Assembly: GCA_047495785.1 (NCBI GenBank)
Contig: JBLDXI010000004.1
Location: 2,883,462-2,947,461, forward strand
Origin: Lepidodermella squamata
Taxonomy: Eukaryota; Animalia; Gastrotricha
Length of the DNA: 64,000 nt
Direction: 5' to 3'
Shown here: one piece after another, positions 13,301 through 26,645 of the stretch
How positions within the stretch are numbered: position 1 is the stretch's first letter
Layout: every line of letters begins with the position of its first letter
Program-made: the position numbers and the translations under genes
The notes under the pieces: model-generated
Seen by the model: the letters and a program-made list of their open reading frames with translations, nothing else
Told to the model about the DNA's origin: nothing
Database searches by the model: none

Positions 13301-16300
13301 TTGCGCAACATCTATAGCATCTGACCGGAAAATTTTTCGGCCAAAATGTTGCCAACAAATATAGACGCAGCTTTACCCATCCCCGAGGCCTTTAAAAGTG
13401 CACCGCTTAGTTGAAATCGAATTAGAAACAATAATTGATGGACGGAACGACGCGACAGTGTCAAAAAATGTAACATCACCTGGTCAAAAAATATTTTGAC
13501 TACGGCATCGAGCAATGTCTCAAATTGAAGCTTACATGGTCAACAACATTTAAACATATTAATATTACATAAGCACTTTCAACTGTCGTCAAAATGTTGT
13601 TGGGAAAAATTCCATCTTTTGGCATTTCGTCAATGTCAAATGTGTACCATTTTTGACAAGGTAAAAATCATGTTAACTGACAAAACTGACTATAGTCATA
13701 TATATTTTCTGAACGCTCATGTCCAGGGCTTTCTGGAAATATATAAATTTCTATCTAAATCGCGAATTTTTTTTCCGGTGGTCAGGTTGACAGTTACACG
13801 TTTTTACCTTTTACGTTTTTCATGAAGAAAAAACGAGAGGATTTTTATGAAGACACTCATAGAGAGAACAATGGATTTGGTATCATCGTTATTTCCCCTC
13901 AAATTAATTATTATTTTCTCTGCGAAATAGAAAACAATCATCATAATATCGTTATCTATATCCGTGAAGACAAGCGTACATAGCTCTTTAAACTTCTTTA
14001 ATTTTTGGTCCCGTAATGGGCGGATGTGTAAAAATGGCGCTTTCAATGTGCTTAAAACAGCATTCTTCATGCAATTTTCTCGCATAAAAATACGATAATG
14101 TGTCAAAATTTGGGACAGCCTTGGGGCCAGGACATCATTCGCGGCCCCAAATTTTCCCGACCAACTGGATGCCTAAATATCTCGAATGGTCAATACCACC
14201 TGAAAAATCTCAATTTAAAGGAAAAACGCAGATGAAAGCTTTGATGGTCGAAAAATCACTGATTATCGATTTTGTTCGACTATTTATTGTTTAGATTACG
14301 ATGCCAAAAAATATTACGCATACTTTATTATACTACTGCTCGCCTGAATGTTTTGTTGTCCATTGGCTTTCTTGTCTGTTAATAGATGTAGTCGCTGACT
14401 CAGTGAAGCCGCACATCCGCTGCTTCAATTCAGTCACTCGAGAATTCACTGCCTGCCGATTGAGCAGCACGCGATGCATCGCCAATGAAACCGCAGAGTA
14501 CTCTGCTGGTACCTATCGAAACAAAGCCAACTGCTTGTCTTGGGTAAAAGCATATTTTTCACAATTTTCAAGGTGGAAGTGAACCAAGTCGCGGTAACCC
14601 TTACTTATTGCAAAATTCTAATTGTTTCAAGGACAGGGGGTCGCTTCATGATCATTTTAAACAACATTCGGATATGAACGCTTTTGAATATTAAGGTTTA
14701 AGTAACCTTAATATATTAGGGAGTTCGAATTTTTCAATTCGAAAATTCAAAATCCAAAGTACCGTTTTTTATAGCAATTTCAGCCTTACAATACGTGAAA
14801 TTCTCTCGGGCTATTCGTTGATATACTTCATAATACACATTGGAACTATTTTTTTCTCTTTTCTCAGTTCGTTTCTCAATGTGATACGCCGAGCGGAAAG
14901 AAGTGCTACAACATTTAGCCCGGGAAGACGTTTTAGCTCAGTTACGGGCCCATCATCGTAGTTTCGTCCGATGAGCAAGCGTCGGTTGTGTAACGCTGAT
15001 TTTAACGACATTTTGAACATTAATCCGCGACGGTTAGGCTAGTTTTAAGTCCCAAGTTAGATAATGTGCACAATTAACGTCTAATTTTGCCTAAAATTAA
15101 GATTCATTTTTCTGGGCTATCACAAGACTCTCTCCGCTCTCTCCGCCACATTTGTAAATTGAAATCGTACATTACCTACTTGGAAAGATTTAACCGGAGG
15201 CTAATTTGGGGTGTATTGGTACTTCCGCACAGCAAGAAATATCTGCGCAGAAATTTTCCGCACATGTTACTTGCGCACAATGCATTCCCACTCATACTGT
15301 TTATGTAGCTGATCAATCCTTAAAATAAACAATAACGCGAAATCTTCCTTAGGACGAGAAGAGAAATAGGGGAACATTCATCAATCGTCGAGATCAATTG
15401 CTGCGTAGACGCAGCTAGTTCATCGCCACCGGCCTCAGCCTCACAATACCCGTTGTGATACTCGTCGACTGGCGTCTCATTCTCGCAAACGAGTGCGACG
15501 TCGGTCATGTTGGCCGAGCAGGCATCCAAACTCCATGAAGCCGATCTTCTCAGCGTCGAGGTCGTCCCACAGCCGTTCAGTTGTCGCTTTAAGCCGTTCG
15601 TATTTCTTGTCAGCTGGCTTTTTGCACATACGAGCGTCAACTCTGGCCCAGTCTCGACGGGTAAAACGGACTCTTCGCGGATGAGAAGAGAAGAAAATCG
15701 TCAATGCTTATGCGAGAATTCCATCCTGATAACACACAAAATTGAGAATTTTAAGCAAAGTTTAATGGAAATTAATTTACATTCGACGATGTTGTTGGTA
15801 CCAAGTCTGCTAATTGCTCATCTTGTTATTGTTTTTCTTTTCAATTCCAAGGTGCGTGGTTGTTCAACATTGGCATAATGACTGATTCTGATTGCAATGT
15901 GCCCGCGTTCGCTCTATGTGGCAATGTAAGTGAAGCTTATTGCTATAAGCTCTGCATCTGATTTTGTTGCGCTCTGCATTTACCTAATACCTAGATACTC
16001 TATTTTTCACGAATTTTTACAATAGACATCGGCAACCATTGAAAGAATCAACACGACTGCAAGTCGAGATGAACAGGTAAATAATTGCGCAACCCTCGGA
16101 AAAACGCTGGCCACGATCAAAGATCAGGCGACATTGAACGATGCCTTGGCGATTATGTCTGATCCGCCGCATTTAGTCGGGGCGAAACGGCGGGACCTGG
16201 AAGCCTACCCTTGGATAACAGGAGAGCCATTCAACAGTTTACTGTTCAATTTAACTGGCGCAGCAGTTTATAATGAGCAATGTGAGTAAATAACTGGTCC

Positions 16301-16422
16301 ACAGTCTGTACAAATGTTATACAAATAAATCATCTATAGGCGTTATTCTTTCCAATGGCACTCTTCAGCGATCTACATGCACATTACCGGATGGTTATGC
16401 TGGCCTGTGTGAGCATTTTTGA
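7301..16422 (+). CDS. Gene A: secreted 4-Cys-repeat protein with C-terminal C-type lectin domain(s); middle part damaged, possibly a pseudogene
   Basis: Exons 7301-7453 (MRQVFATLIFY...WARCFSQFDDRFTDC...EYQ), 7506-7547, 7604-7690, 8147-8224, 8278-8352, 12165-12219, 14386-14543 all have GT-AG ends and align exon-for-exon with genes B and C. Exon 8/9-like sequence at 14868-15030 has stops. CTLD exons: 15852-15925 (CAW...DSDCNVPAFALCG), 16026-16281, 16340-16422 (CVIL...STC...GLCEHF*). Confidence 0.8.
8375..12130. mobile_element. 3.75-kb non-autonomous Tc1/mariner-superfamily element in gene A intron 5
   Basis: 29-bp TIR cagggtgttctttttaaaaccgaacatcc and its reverse complement, TA on both sides; removing it leaves a normal ~54-nt intron; no transposase found inside. 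Confidence 0.9.
10430..11700. repeat. About 3.5 diverged tandem copies of a ~355-bp unit inside the 8375-12130 element
   Basis: Anchors ggcaacacc/ggcaacact (10518, 10882, 11251), ggtaac.aag (10711, 11083, 11452) and agaaaac.atgag (10742, 11114, 11483) recur at ~360-bp period. Confidence 0.75.
12500..13810. mobile_element. Unclassified decayed non-autonomous element(s) with nested inverted repeats in gene A intron 6
   Basis: ~55-bp IR at 12929-12981 / 13183-13235; ggacggaacgac motifs in both orientations; ends not resolved. Confidence 0.45.
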
Positions 16423-16800
16423 TGCTCACTGCCGATCTGATTCGAATGTGACGATTCGAAGCAGCTACGCGAAGCCTGGATTCAACTGTCTTCATAGATT
16501 CGACTTCTTGTCCCTTTCTTGTCACTAATAATAGCTTTTATGCCGATGTTATGTAGAACTTCTGTCTAGTTATTTCGACAATTAGGCCAATTAAGAAAAA
16601 ATAAAGATAACTTGACCTGAAAACATTTGAATGAAAAAAACCGGTTTGCTATATTTGAATCCTCATTTTAGCGGATTCCAGGTGAGGTTGTCAGTCGTCA
16701 GCAGGGCTGGGGCGTTAAACAATATGTTTGAACATACCGCAAAAATAGGTCAGAAACAGTTGAAAAAACAGAGGTTATACAGGTTGTATCGTTTTTACTG

Positions 16801-17100
16801 GCGGGGTTTGTGGTGTAATGGTGTAGTCTCTACATAGCTGCGCAAGCCCTAGAGAGCGATGTTCGATTTCCGGCGACAGCAGTCGTCGCGGAAAGAAAAT
16901 GGAACTGGATGAGCGTCATCTATCATCCACTCGCTTTCGGGCCTGCGGTCCACCAAGCCGCTAAAAATTGGTACCGCTTGCGGGTAATGGGCTGGAATGC
17001 TGCGAACGCCTGGCCCCGGATCCAGCATGCATACCCCGGTATGGGTTCCAGTTTACGCTCAGGGCCTAGAAAAGGATATGAGCGTATGTTCCGACAGGAG
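16801..17100 (+). mobile_element. tRNA-headed SINE with a CORE-like central block
   Basis: A box TGGTGTAATGG, B box GTTCGATTTCC, then gtccaccaagccgctaaaaattggtacc resembling the CORE-SINE CCACCCAG...AAATGGGTACC segment; 3' end approximate. Confidence 0.55.
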
Positions 17101-18279
17101 TGCTTCTCAAAACAGATATCTCCGTTGTTCACAGTGACTAAGCATTGTAGGGTATGGTATGAGAATTGTATGGAATTTGTAGGTCCCAGGGTCCATACAA
17201 TCGAAAGACCCTGCAGGCTGACGCATTCAATTCCATGACCATTTTTAGTGAATTGCGTAATAATTATGCGTTTTTTTAATTTTTTAAAATCATCAACTAA
17301 ATTCCAGAAAAAAAACACACACACGTTATCAAACTCCCCCGCGTTTTCCCTGCCTTCGAGTTTTTACTATTCGAAAAATGGCCAATTATCTCACCGCTTA
17401 AAAATCGCGCTATTTCCCGTCATTTTGAACTCTCAATTCCAAATTAATTGTAATATTAAAAAGATTGGTTCCGATTTTTATGGTTTCGAAATTAATTAAG
17501 CTCTGTAATTAAAAGATACGGGCGCTTTCCATATTCCCCGTAACATCGTTTTCAGCAAAATCAAAATGAAGCGAATAATTTTGCCAACGGTTTGTCATCA
17601 ATAACGCTGGTTCCACACGGTTCCGTCTTCGCATGAGTTGGCTCTGAAATCATGGGTAAATTGTAAATATTTCGCGATTTTTTGTCATGATTTACGGTCA
17701 AATTTGCAGAATTAAATAGAAGTAGAAATTAAAAAAAAATAGTAATGGTGAGTCATGTGATTTATTTTTAACTAGCGAGTGTGACATAGAGCGTGGCTCG
17801 TTATATTAAGAGAGTAAGGGCCAAAAAACAGGCAATTATTCCAAAATTTGTTGAAAATCAAGGTGAGCTCGGAAAATTCCAGGTAAAATCCTGGGGCTTC
17901 ATATTTGTATTCCGCTGCTACCTGTATCATTTCATTAATTGTTGAGCTCAACCTGGTTTTTCTAGAAATTCTGCAAAAAAGGTCCAAACTTGACGCATGT
18001 TTGAGAGTGACCTTTGGACCCATTGTTTGAGCTACTGTAAACTGAGAGATAGACCCTGAACAAAATTAATTTAGTCATGGCGATTTCCAGCCATTAAATT
18101 CAAAAAATGAATGCGAACAAATTGGAAAGAAACCCAAAAGTCGATAGTTCATAAGAATTATCGAAATTGAAAAATATTTGAAATTACTAAATACTTAGGC
18201 GAATAAATGATTTGGCATTAATTCAATTTCAAAATTTCTTTTTTAAAATTATGATAATTTCTCTATTAATTTTCGGTGT

Positions 18280-18362
18280 GGCTATTGGCACATGGTTATG
18301 TGCCCCTTTTTGGCTATTGGCACATTTTATGTGCCTCTTATTGGCTATTGGCACATAACATG
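18280..18362 (+). repeat. Three tandem ggctattggcacat motifs, likely the MULE 5' terminal region
   Basis: Motif at about 18280, 18312 and 18343, ~200 bp upstream of the transposase ATG. Confidence 0.5.
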
Positions 18363-18552
18363 TAAAATGAGTAGAAATCGTAATTTATGTCATTATTTGA
18401 ATGAAAAAAGTTACTACCATCGTAATTCCGGCGCGTGGATTTGAGTTGATTTATTCACTGACGATTTTTTTTCCCGGCCACGTGCATTTAAACAGCATAT
18501 TAGAAGCGGGTTTATAAGTGTTTATGATAGTCTTCTTTGTAGCATCTTTATC

Positions 18553-20696
18553 ATGGATGACGCTTTAGAGATAAAAGTCGGCGATGTTTTTCCTACTGGT
18601 GAATCGTTTCTAGCCAAGTATGACCTGGTGAAAACAGCCGGTAAACATCCTTTTCGTGTTCGGTCCACCTCTGAAACCCAGATTATTCGCCAATGTCGGC
18701 ACGGTATTCTCAGGGCGAGTAGATCAACTGGGAAACGAGAAACGCAGAACTATCTCTTTCGAGATTGTCCCGGTATCGTTAAATGCTCTTACTCAAAGAT
18801 CACTGACTGTTGGGAGGTTACTGAGTCTAATTGGACTCATACCCACCCTCTCGGTGGAAAATGGTTTCCGAACGACAATCGTCTCACAGAAGAAGAAGTA
18901 AGCAATACCGTTAATTTGATCAAAAACTACGCGATCAAACCTAGCCTCTTGGCCAGGGTTGGGGCTGTTTAAACAATCTGTTTATACAGTATGTTTAAAC
19001 ATACTGTTTAAACAGGTCCGAAAAATCTGAAAAAACAGGGTTTATACAGGTCGAACAGTGTTTTAACTACGATCTAACTTAAATGGTATATCGGAGCATA
19101 AAAATATAGATCAGGTTTCCCTAACATTTGCTTATGATGTAGCTGATGGTAGATATAAGCTCTGAGCTCTGAAGAAACAATCGAAAATGGCTGAGTAAAT
19201 GTCAATCAGTCAGCTGATCGATCACCAATAACCGATAATCGATAACCGATAATCGGTGTCGAATGCTATAAAGCTGATGTCACCAGCTTGTTCAGCGGCA
19301 AAAGTTACCCTAGAATCCAAAGTTTCAAGCCTCTATCTATCATAATAACGAAGATATCGCGAAATCAGTTCATGCTTCCGGTAGGGTATAATTGGGCGGT
19401 TTCGTGCCTTTAAAGTTGAAATGTTCAAAAAAATCGGCAAAACCGCTTCCTTTGACCTTGGAAACCCCCTTAGAAACCCCGGGGGGAACCTTTTCACGGC
19501 GGATCCGAATACGTTTTCAGAATTTCAGTAGCTGTCATACTTCCGGAAATAATTGCATTTTTTGAATTATTTTATTACTTTATTGCACCTTCATCATTTT
19601 GTCTTTCTGAATGAGAAAATAGTCGAGTAATACATCAAACTATGCAGTTTTTCACGCAGAATCACGTGGTGCAACTTAAAATTCAACTAGAGATACAGTT
19701 GACGAGATGTAGCTCGGAGCAAAATACCCATTTTTACACTATCTGTATATATACCTGTTTAAACATGTGTTTAAACGTTTAAACGTTTAAACAGATCCGA
19801 AATTTGAAATATCTGTATAAACCCCAACCCTGCTCTTGGCAAGAAACATCAAGAAAAATACAGGTAATAAATGCAACATTCTTCGATATTCTCACTTCAC
19901 TTTTCACATTCAAATTGGTTTAGGAAAGGTTGTCTCTAGAAAGTTTATCAACAACCTAAAGATGAAACATCTGTCGAATGAAGTCCACCAGGCGGAGCTC
20001 AGTAGCTTCATTGATGACATCAAGGCAAACGGAGGCGTAGTGGAAAAGCGTGATGATGGCGATGGTGTCACTCAAGCCATGTTTATTGCTACGCCAAAGA
20101 TGATTGGTACCGTGGCAAGACAAAGGCCTCGAACTGTTCTCCTAGATACCACCTTCAAAACCAACAAGGAAGGATACAAAGCCCTCTGTTTTTGCTACAA
20201 AAATGCCGATAACGGTAGAACTGGCGTCGCTGGCATAGCCCTGCTTGAAGACGAATCGGACGATAATGTCCGATTTATTTTGGAATCTTTCAAAACTATC
20301 CACAAGCCGGGCATCTTCCTTGTGGATAAGGACCTTCATCCAATTGATTTGGTGGAAAAAATATTCGACTGCATAGTTTTGTTGTGCGCCTTTCACGCGT
20401 TGAAATATATGCGAAACCTCATTGCTACAGCAGTTTGTCGATTGGAAGTCAAAAAAGAACTATCCACCGCTTTCAAGGATATGGTACACGCCCGCTACGA
20501 GCCTCAATTCAAAACGGCAGAAAAGGCATTCGTCTCCCTTGCTAAAGGTTTGGAAGTACGAAAGCCTGGCGGTAAACCTAACGAATACATTGAGCTACTG
20601 CCTTATTTCGAACAAAATTGGTTGGCATCAAAGGCGATGTGGGCGAAATATGCCCGCCGTATGTACGAAACTATGAATCAAGATACGACCAATTAG
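18553..20696 (+). pseudogene. Mutator/MULE transposase, interrupted and 3'-truncated
   Basis: FAR1/WRKY-like N-terminus (CRHG...CPG...WTHTH); catalytic LLDTTFKTN, FLVDKD and CAFH (CxxH). Frame rejoins as ...PSLLARNIKKNTG after removing the 18954-19832 insert; probable 60-nt intron 19864-19923; stops at DTTN* just before the expected catalytic E. Confidence 0.9.
18954..19832. mobile_element. hAT-type non-autonomous element inserted in the MULE ORF
   Basis: TIR cagggttgggg / ccccaaccctg, 8-bp TSD ctcttggc, subterminal tgtttaaaca motifs; related fragment at about 32560-32720. Confidence 0.9.
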
Positions 20697-23600
20697 TTTT
20701 TTCAATCGCTAAGTCTCAAAATGGGCATGAAAAAGTCGAAAAAGGCCATAGAAACGTTAATGCTGAATTTTGCTGACAATTTCAGCCATATTTCAGTTTT
20801 AAATTCAACCCCGGCTTGTCTCACAGCCAATTTTTTTGGGAGAAAATAATTGCTATTACACGCAGTAAAATTAGTATTTTTGTTACATTTTTTAGAATTA
20901 CGACAAAAACGTGGTGTTTTTCGTAACGCTTCAGCTCTGTGAAAATGCTATTTCAAAGCCTTCAAGGCGTGTTTAACTTGAAAAATCAAAGAATGTGCGA
21001 AACAGATTTGAAGAAAAGAAACGAAACGCCTGAATAGCCGATAATTGATTGTCTCAGCTTTGAATGAGGTCAGTATGATGTAGTGTATGGTAGTGTATGG
21101 CATTGTATGTCGAAATCGAGGACAGTGCGTAATTGTGTAGTGGCGTCATACATTACAAACAATTCACCATACGTATGCATTCTTAGTCACTGGTTGTTCA
21201 CCAAATTTTGAATGCGACGTGGGAAAAGATTTAGGGTGGGCAATTTCTGCTCAGTCTTGATCCCATCAAAATAAATGAAACCATAGTGAAAAAGAGGTTT
21301 TTGTATCGTAACAACGACTGTGTTGTCCACCTCAAATTTTATTCCAAATTTGTTGAGCAACGAAGATATCTGTTTTGAGAAATTCAACTTTGAAAAATGA
21401 AGACTGCGATTTTCGCTTGAGTGCTTACTCTGGTCATTTTCGTGTCTTGAAAGTTAACATTTTCAAAATCAATTTATCCAATCATCGATTCGTCTTACTT
21501 AGAGGAATTTTTCCTTAACACAATCGAGGTAAACATCGGAATTCTACTTCTTTGAACCTTTGAACCGTATTTTTTACCAAAATCAACGCCGAGAATTATC
21601 AGTCAAAATTCATGCTCATTTCAGGTGATATAACAAGCTTTTTCGAAACAACACGGGTTCTCGGAAAATATTTTATTGAATATGTAACTATGAAATTTCG
21701 AGAAAAGAAAATTGTAGAAACTAGCTAGAGAGGGTTGGTCGCGCTATCGCAAAATTGGACGCCCTTAGCTCAGCGCAAAAACTCTCCCCACCGTCCCCTC
21801 AAGTGTTTCGTATGCCGACCCTCTAGTTCTTTTAACAGTCGTTTCGCATTCACAAGTTAGCTCGCTTCAGTCGTTATGAGCTATTGCTCCAGATCAAATT
21901 CACAAGAGCAGCGCTCATAAAAATGCAGGCACATCGAGAATGGCATGATCCATGCTCTCATTCTAGAAAAGAGAGTAATGGTGTCTATGTAAAGACTCCC
22001 TAACTTTTTGGTTCTGGCACCCCCTCGTTTGAGAGATACCGCTAGTCCTTCGTGCAAGTAAAAGGGCAAGTATAGCATAGCGACTCGACCTGTTTTGCGC
22101 AGAGAACCCACTTGCGAACCCATGCAAGTCATATCCCAAATTATGGATCCATCCCACCCAGTTCGGCCAACGTTCTGCGTGACTGTAAAACCGTCACTGT
22201 TAACCCTAGTTTTCTTGTCGAACAGTTGCGAAGGTTTCTACGCAATGCCAACCCTATTAATTTTACAAATTATTTCATTTTTTCATTGAAAACTTTACCC
22301 CCAATGAATCTTAGACTCAATCAGCATTAAATAACCGTGTTGAGATGACGACATCTGGACATTTATCAGCTATAACGGGACCGTCATCGACGCGTCGCTG
22401 GTTAATTGCAATTTCCCACTAACGATAAACCCAACTTCTAAGTTCTAGTCTTAGAACATCCAACATCCTCAAGTCGCACCCAGATATAACGAAGCCGATA
22501 CAGTCACCTGACATAAAGAACAGTTACAACATTGAGCGTTACAATTCCATATGCAGCTGCTTTTGGTTCTTGGCCATGATGTTTGATCAACTTGAATCTC
22601 AAGCGGAAAACTGCCAGGTGGTGCTAGGCGAGATGTTCCTCCATCTTGAGTCGATGATTGTATTGCAATTTGTTGATGAAGGGCAAGTAATGTTATATTT
22701 TCCGCTAAATTCATGTATGAAAAACAATATTATGAATTAACAGCGAACTGCGATAGTAGCGCTTTAGTAACGCAGGGGTCCAGAAAGTTGCTATTAGAAA
22801 CGATACTCAAAGAAGGAGGCTCAAGGAATTATTTGGTATAGCGTAGTTTTAGAAGCGAGCATTTTATCGAAGCTTACATTTCAGAATTAATAAACCACTG
22901 TAAGAAAGCCACACTAAATGAGCTTTCCCACACTAGTTTGCTTTCTTAAATCAGAGCGTAGGTATTTGTCCGCTGAGAAAAAATAGTTATTAAATATTAA
23001 TTTACTTTATTAATATTTCTGCGTTGTTTGAATCAATGGAGATAATCAATACTCAAATCATGGCTTCCTAGGGGATTATTAAGGCAAGCTTACAACCAGG
23101 CAAGTACCTCAGATTACCGGAGATGCTTTGCAACATTGAAAGGGCGATGCTTCCCTCAAATTCTCTCGAATCTGATCGATTACCGTGCCTTCATCTCGGC
23201 CTTATGCGTGGCAGCACAATGTTACAAATTGGCCTGAGATTGCGTGATGCGAATAACTATGGTACATAACAACGTCCGACAATAACAAATGATATATAGT
23301 ATGTAATATATACATACATTTATTCATCGACTGTGAAAAACACAACAAAACTACCATCAAGGTTGACAATATTATTAATCGCGAAGCGCAGCTCTTATAA
23401 ATCCCTCCTTCTTACACACGCACACGCAAACGCACACAAATCTAAAAGTAGATCTTTCGGACCTGGATCCTGTTTTTGCAGCAGCTGAAAATTGAGATAG
23501 ATCCAAAATCCCTTGGCGGTTCATATTTTGCAAAACTAGAATTTCGCAATGGTGGAGTCCTTATCGTTAGCGAGGCGCCAAACAACCACTTTACTATTTA

Positions 23601-23946
23601 TAGATTTTATAGAAAGTACGTTCGGCCATTAAACGTAAATTCAAAGTACGATCGAATGAGTCATCAAAGTGGTTGTTTTGGCGCGTCGCTAACGTTATGT
23701 CATTCAACATTCAACAAAACACACCGACTCACACTTCCGACTCCCGACCTTCTTCAAGGTTGGGATCTCGAACTATTTGATGACTTACGCATGATATTAC
23801 CTTCTTCTAAACTACCTATTGCAAAAAAGTCGAAATGCAGTACCAGTAATAGCAAGTTTATTTTCTCAATTCCACAAACCTGTGTAATTTATACTACGAT
23901 AACAGCTTTCAGGAAATGCGCATCAAAGTTAACACATCTATAGGGT

Positions 23947-24561
23947 TCAATCCAATGATTTCGTCCAAAGACGAGGCTGGTGAAACTCGACCGTGGTAAA
24001 AATCTCCGATGCCAAAGAGCCTTTGGGCGACTTCTTCACCTGCGATGATGTCGAAGTCATCATCGTAGTCCGTCTCTTGTGATGATAGGCATGTTTGCTG
24101 AGTTGAGACGCATCGTCGAAATGCTGCAGACACACATAGCATGTGACGGCGAATTTATCGAAATGGCAAGTTCGAACATGGTAGAGAAGACCATTGAGGG
24201 AATTATATATTCTTTTATTAGGACAATAATCGCACCCGAATCCAATTTTTTGATTTTTTTCATTATTCACATTTAAATTACAAGAGGTAGGAGGTTTGAC
24301 CTAAAAAAGACAATTAGGAACAAACAAAAAATGACGGTAAATATCTTTCTTTACCGAAGGTAAATCAGCATAATAAGAAGATTTGATCGGGATCTCCGCG
24401 TCTGGATGAAAAGCTGAAAGTCTATCCGAGTTTATTGCGGCAAGGTTTTGCTTGGGTAATGTTCGAGCCCATGGAGCTATTGTGCTAATCGAAATAATAG
24501 TTGCTTGAGGAGATGAGCTATTCCGCGATAAATTCAACGGCTTCGACGCACTTTCATCCAT
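23947..24561 (-). CDS. Small C2H2 zinc-finger protein (2 fingers) with N-terminal PLNLS CtBP-type motif
   Basis: Exon 24561-24355 (MDESASKPLNLS...DLPS), 54-nt GT-AG intron, exon from 24300 in frame with CDYC-x-HVRTCH and CYVC-x-HAYHH; 3' end uncertain. Confidence 0.7.
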
Positions 24562-25384
24562 TTTTTAGAGGTTTTCTAGAAACAATGGACAGTTAAATAA
24601 AACGTATCAAGTTGAAGCACGTAAGACAGTAAAGACTCATTTTCTCTTTTGCTGGGACATGGGAGTATTCAAAAAATTTGGAAAGTCGAATCGTGGAAAT
24701 ACGGTCCACAGGGAATAAATATAGCTATTATTTGAATTCGTTAACATGTTTTATTTATCGCACGATTTCCAAAGATGCATCAGGTATTTGACATTAATGG
24801 ATTCGGGAAAATCAGTAAGGCTGTCGTCGCATTGCGTTTGAAAGGAGCCCCTATTTGAATGTTCATGATGGATTTCTTATGAATAATAACGATTGAGTGG
24901 CTCCTTTCAAACGCAATGCGACGCTGTTTTCAAATTTGTAAAAAAAATAATACAAAATGCTTGAAAGCAGCGTCATTAATCGAAAAACACCACGCATCAG
25001 GAAATACGAGCCTGATAGAAATGAAAAATGAAAAGATTGGCACGCGACTGCCACGTGGCATAAACTCCAACGTTGGTGATGGCGCAGTGTTTGTTTGACC
25101 TGGACGACCTTTCTAGATTATTCAATAATAAATCTCGCATTATCACGGTAATTAATAATAATGCTCATAGAAACAGCCTTGCGAAGTGCTTACCTTCGCT
25201 AGAGTCGACTTCATTCAACAAATATTTGTAACTTCGATGTGTTCGGCCTTGCAGCTGTAATAACAGAGTGAGTGAGACGTGATCTGGGCATGGCGCAGTT
25301 TGTCCTTTAGTATGTCGCCAATATCGAGTAGCGATCGCCAATGTCGCCATAATCGGCTAGATTAATGGGAAGACTGGCAAAAGG

Positions 25385-25530
25385 CAGGGTCCCGACTAGG
25401 TTCAGTTCTGAGGGAGGTAAATCGAGCATTTTGAGACCAAAATTTGCAAATCCACAGGGGGGACCCTTACGTTTTTCAGAAATTTTCGAACGTCAGGGGG
25501 GTTTGTTTACCCCCCGTACTCGGACCACTG
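25385..25530. mobile_element. Short hAT-type MITE
   Basis: Imperfect TIR cagggtcccga / tcggaccactg, 8-bp TSD gcaaaagg. Confidence 0.75.
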
Positions 25531-25949
25531 GCAAAAGGTGATTTTGTATTTACAATTTTCAAACAGATGCAGTTTAGAAGGCGCATGCAGCTTGGGCCAA
25601 AAATTCAGCTAACTGGTTAAGCGTCACGCTCCACTAGTCACGTACCTCCCCCACAAAGAGGGAACGCGCCGGCCTTGCGTGATGCGTCGGCTGACCGAAA
25701 AAAGAAATGTTAGCACCTATCGAACACTGGCTACGAGCTGGTGTCAATATTTTCGGGGCGACACCATGCCTCTTCACAGCAAGGGCGTTCGTAACAAGTT
25801 GGGAGCTTTAAAATGTCCTTAAATTTGTCCTGAAAACTCACCCCACCCCTTCTACCGGGCGCGATTACGTCAGGGCTATTGGCTATTGGCTGAAACTTTG
25901 CGAAAATGTAGAGGACACCCATCTCAAGAATTGGTGTAAAAATGAAATG

Positions 25950-26378
25950 GATATGTTGTACGGCTATAGGGGATTTAGGCCTTTAGGGTATGAGCATTGT
26001 ATTTAACCAAAATAATGGCCAAACCGTGAGGGTGACTATCGATCATGATATATCAATTGATTGCTGTAATTAAGGGCTATCGATTAGTGCCAAATCGAAT
26101 TCCGCGCGGAACTTTTGGAAATATGATTTTTGCCTTCAAAGTTAAAAAATGCGGAAATTTTGCGTTTTTTGGCCATAGCTTGACCCTGAGTGTGCCGCGT
26201 GGAATTTGACTTGGCACCAATCGATAGCGCTTAATTACAGCAATCGATTGATATATGATGATCGATAGTCACCCTCACGGTTTGGCCGCTATGACAGTTT
26301 AAAATATTGCTTATGCCGTATAGGCTTAAGCCTATACCGTATAAGCTTAGATCCTCTATAGGCGTACAACAGATATCT
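25950..26378. repeat. ~430-bp imperfect hairpin (fold-back type element)
   Basis: 26016-26109 is the reverse complement of 26195-26287 (ggccaaaccgtgagggtgactatcgatcat...); weaker pairing extends outward. Confidence 0.8.
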
Positions 26379-26577
26379 ATTTATTTATTTATTTATTTAT
26401 TCAGAAGGCAACTAAGGCAATTAAATTCATTGAGGAAATGGCAAACGAGCACTTTCTTTAATAAGCACAATAGCAGCACATCGCGTTGCCGTCGGTCAAG
26501 CACTGCAGCGTATGGGCAGTATCGGCATCGTGTTCTTCTCCCCTTCCGGTTTCCCGATAAAGTGTGTGTTGTGTGAT

Positions 26578-26645
26578 GGCCATGATGCCTCAAAGCTTGT
26601 AGCCGCGACTTCTTATAGAGAAATCCTGGGTTCGATCCCCCGAGG
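26578..26645 (+). mobile_element. tRNA-derived SINE head, same family as 47385-47458
   Basis: ggccatgatgcctcaaag...cctgggttcgatcccc. Confidence 0.5.
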
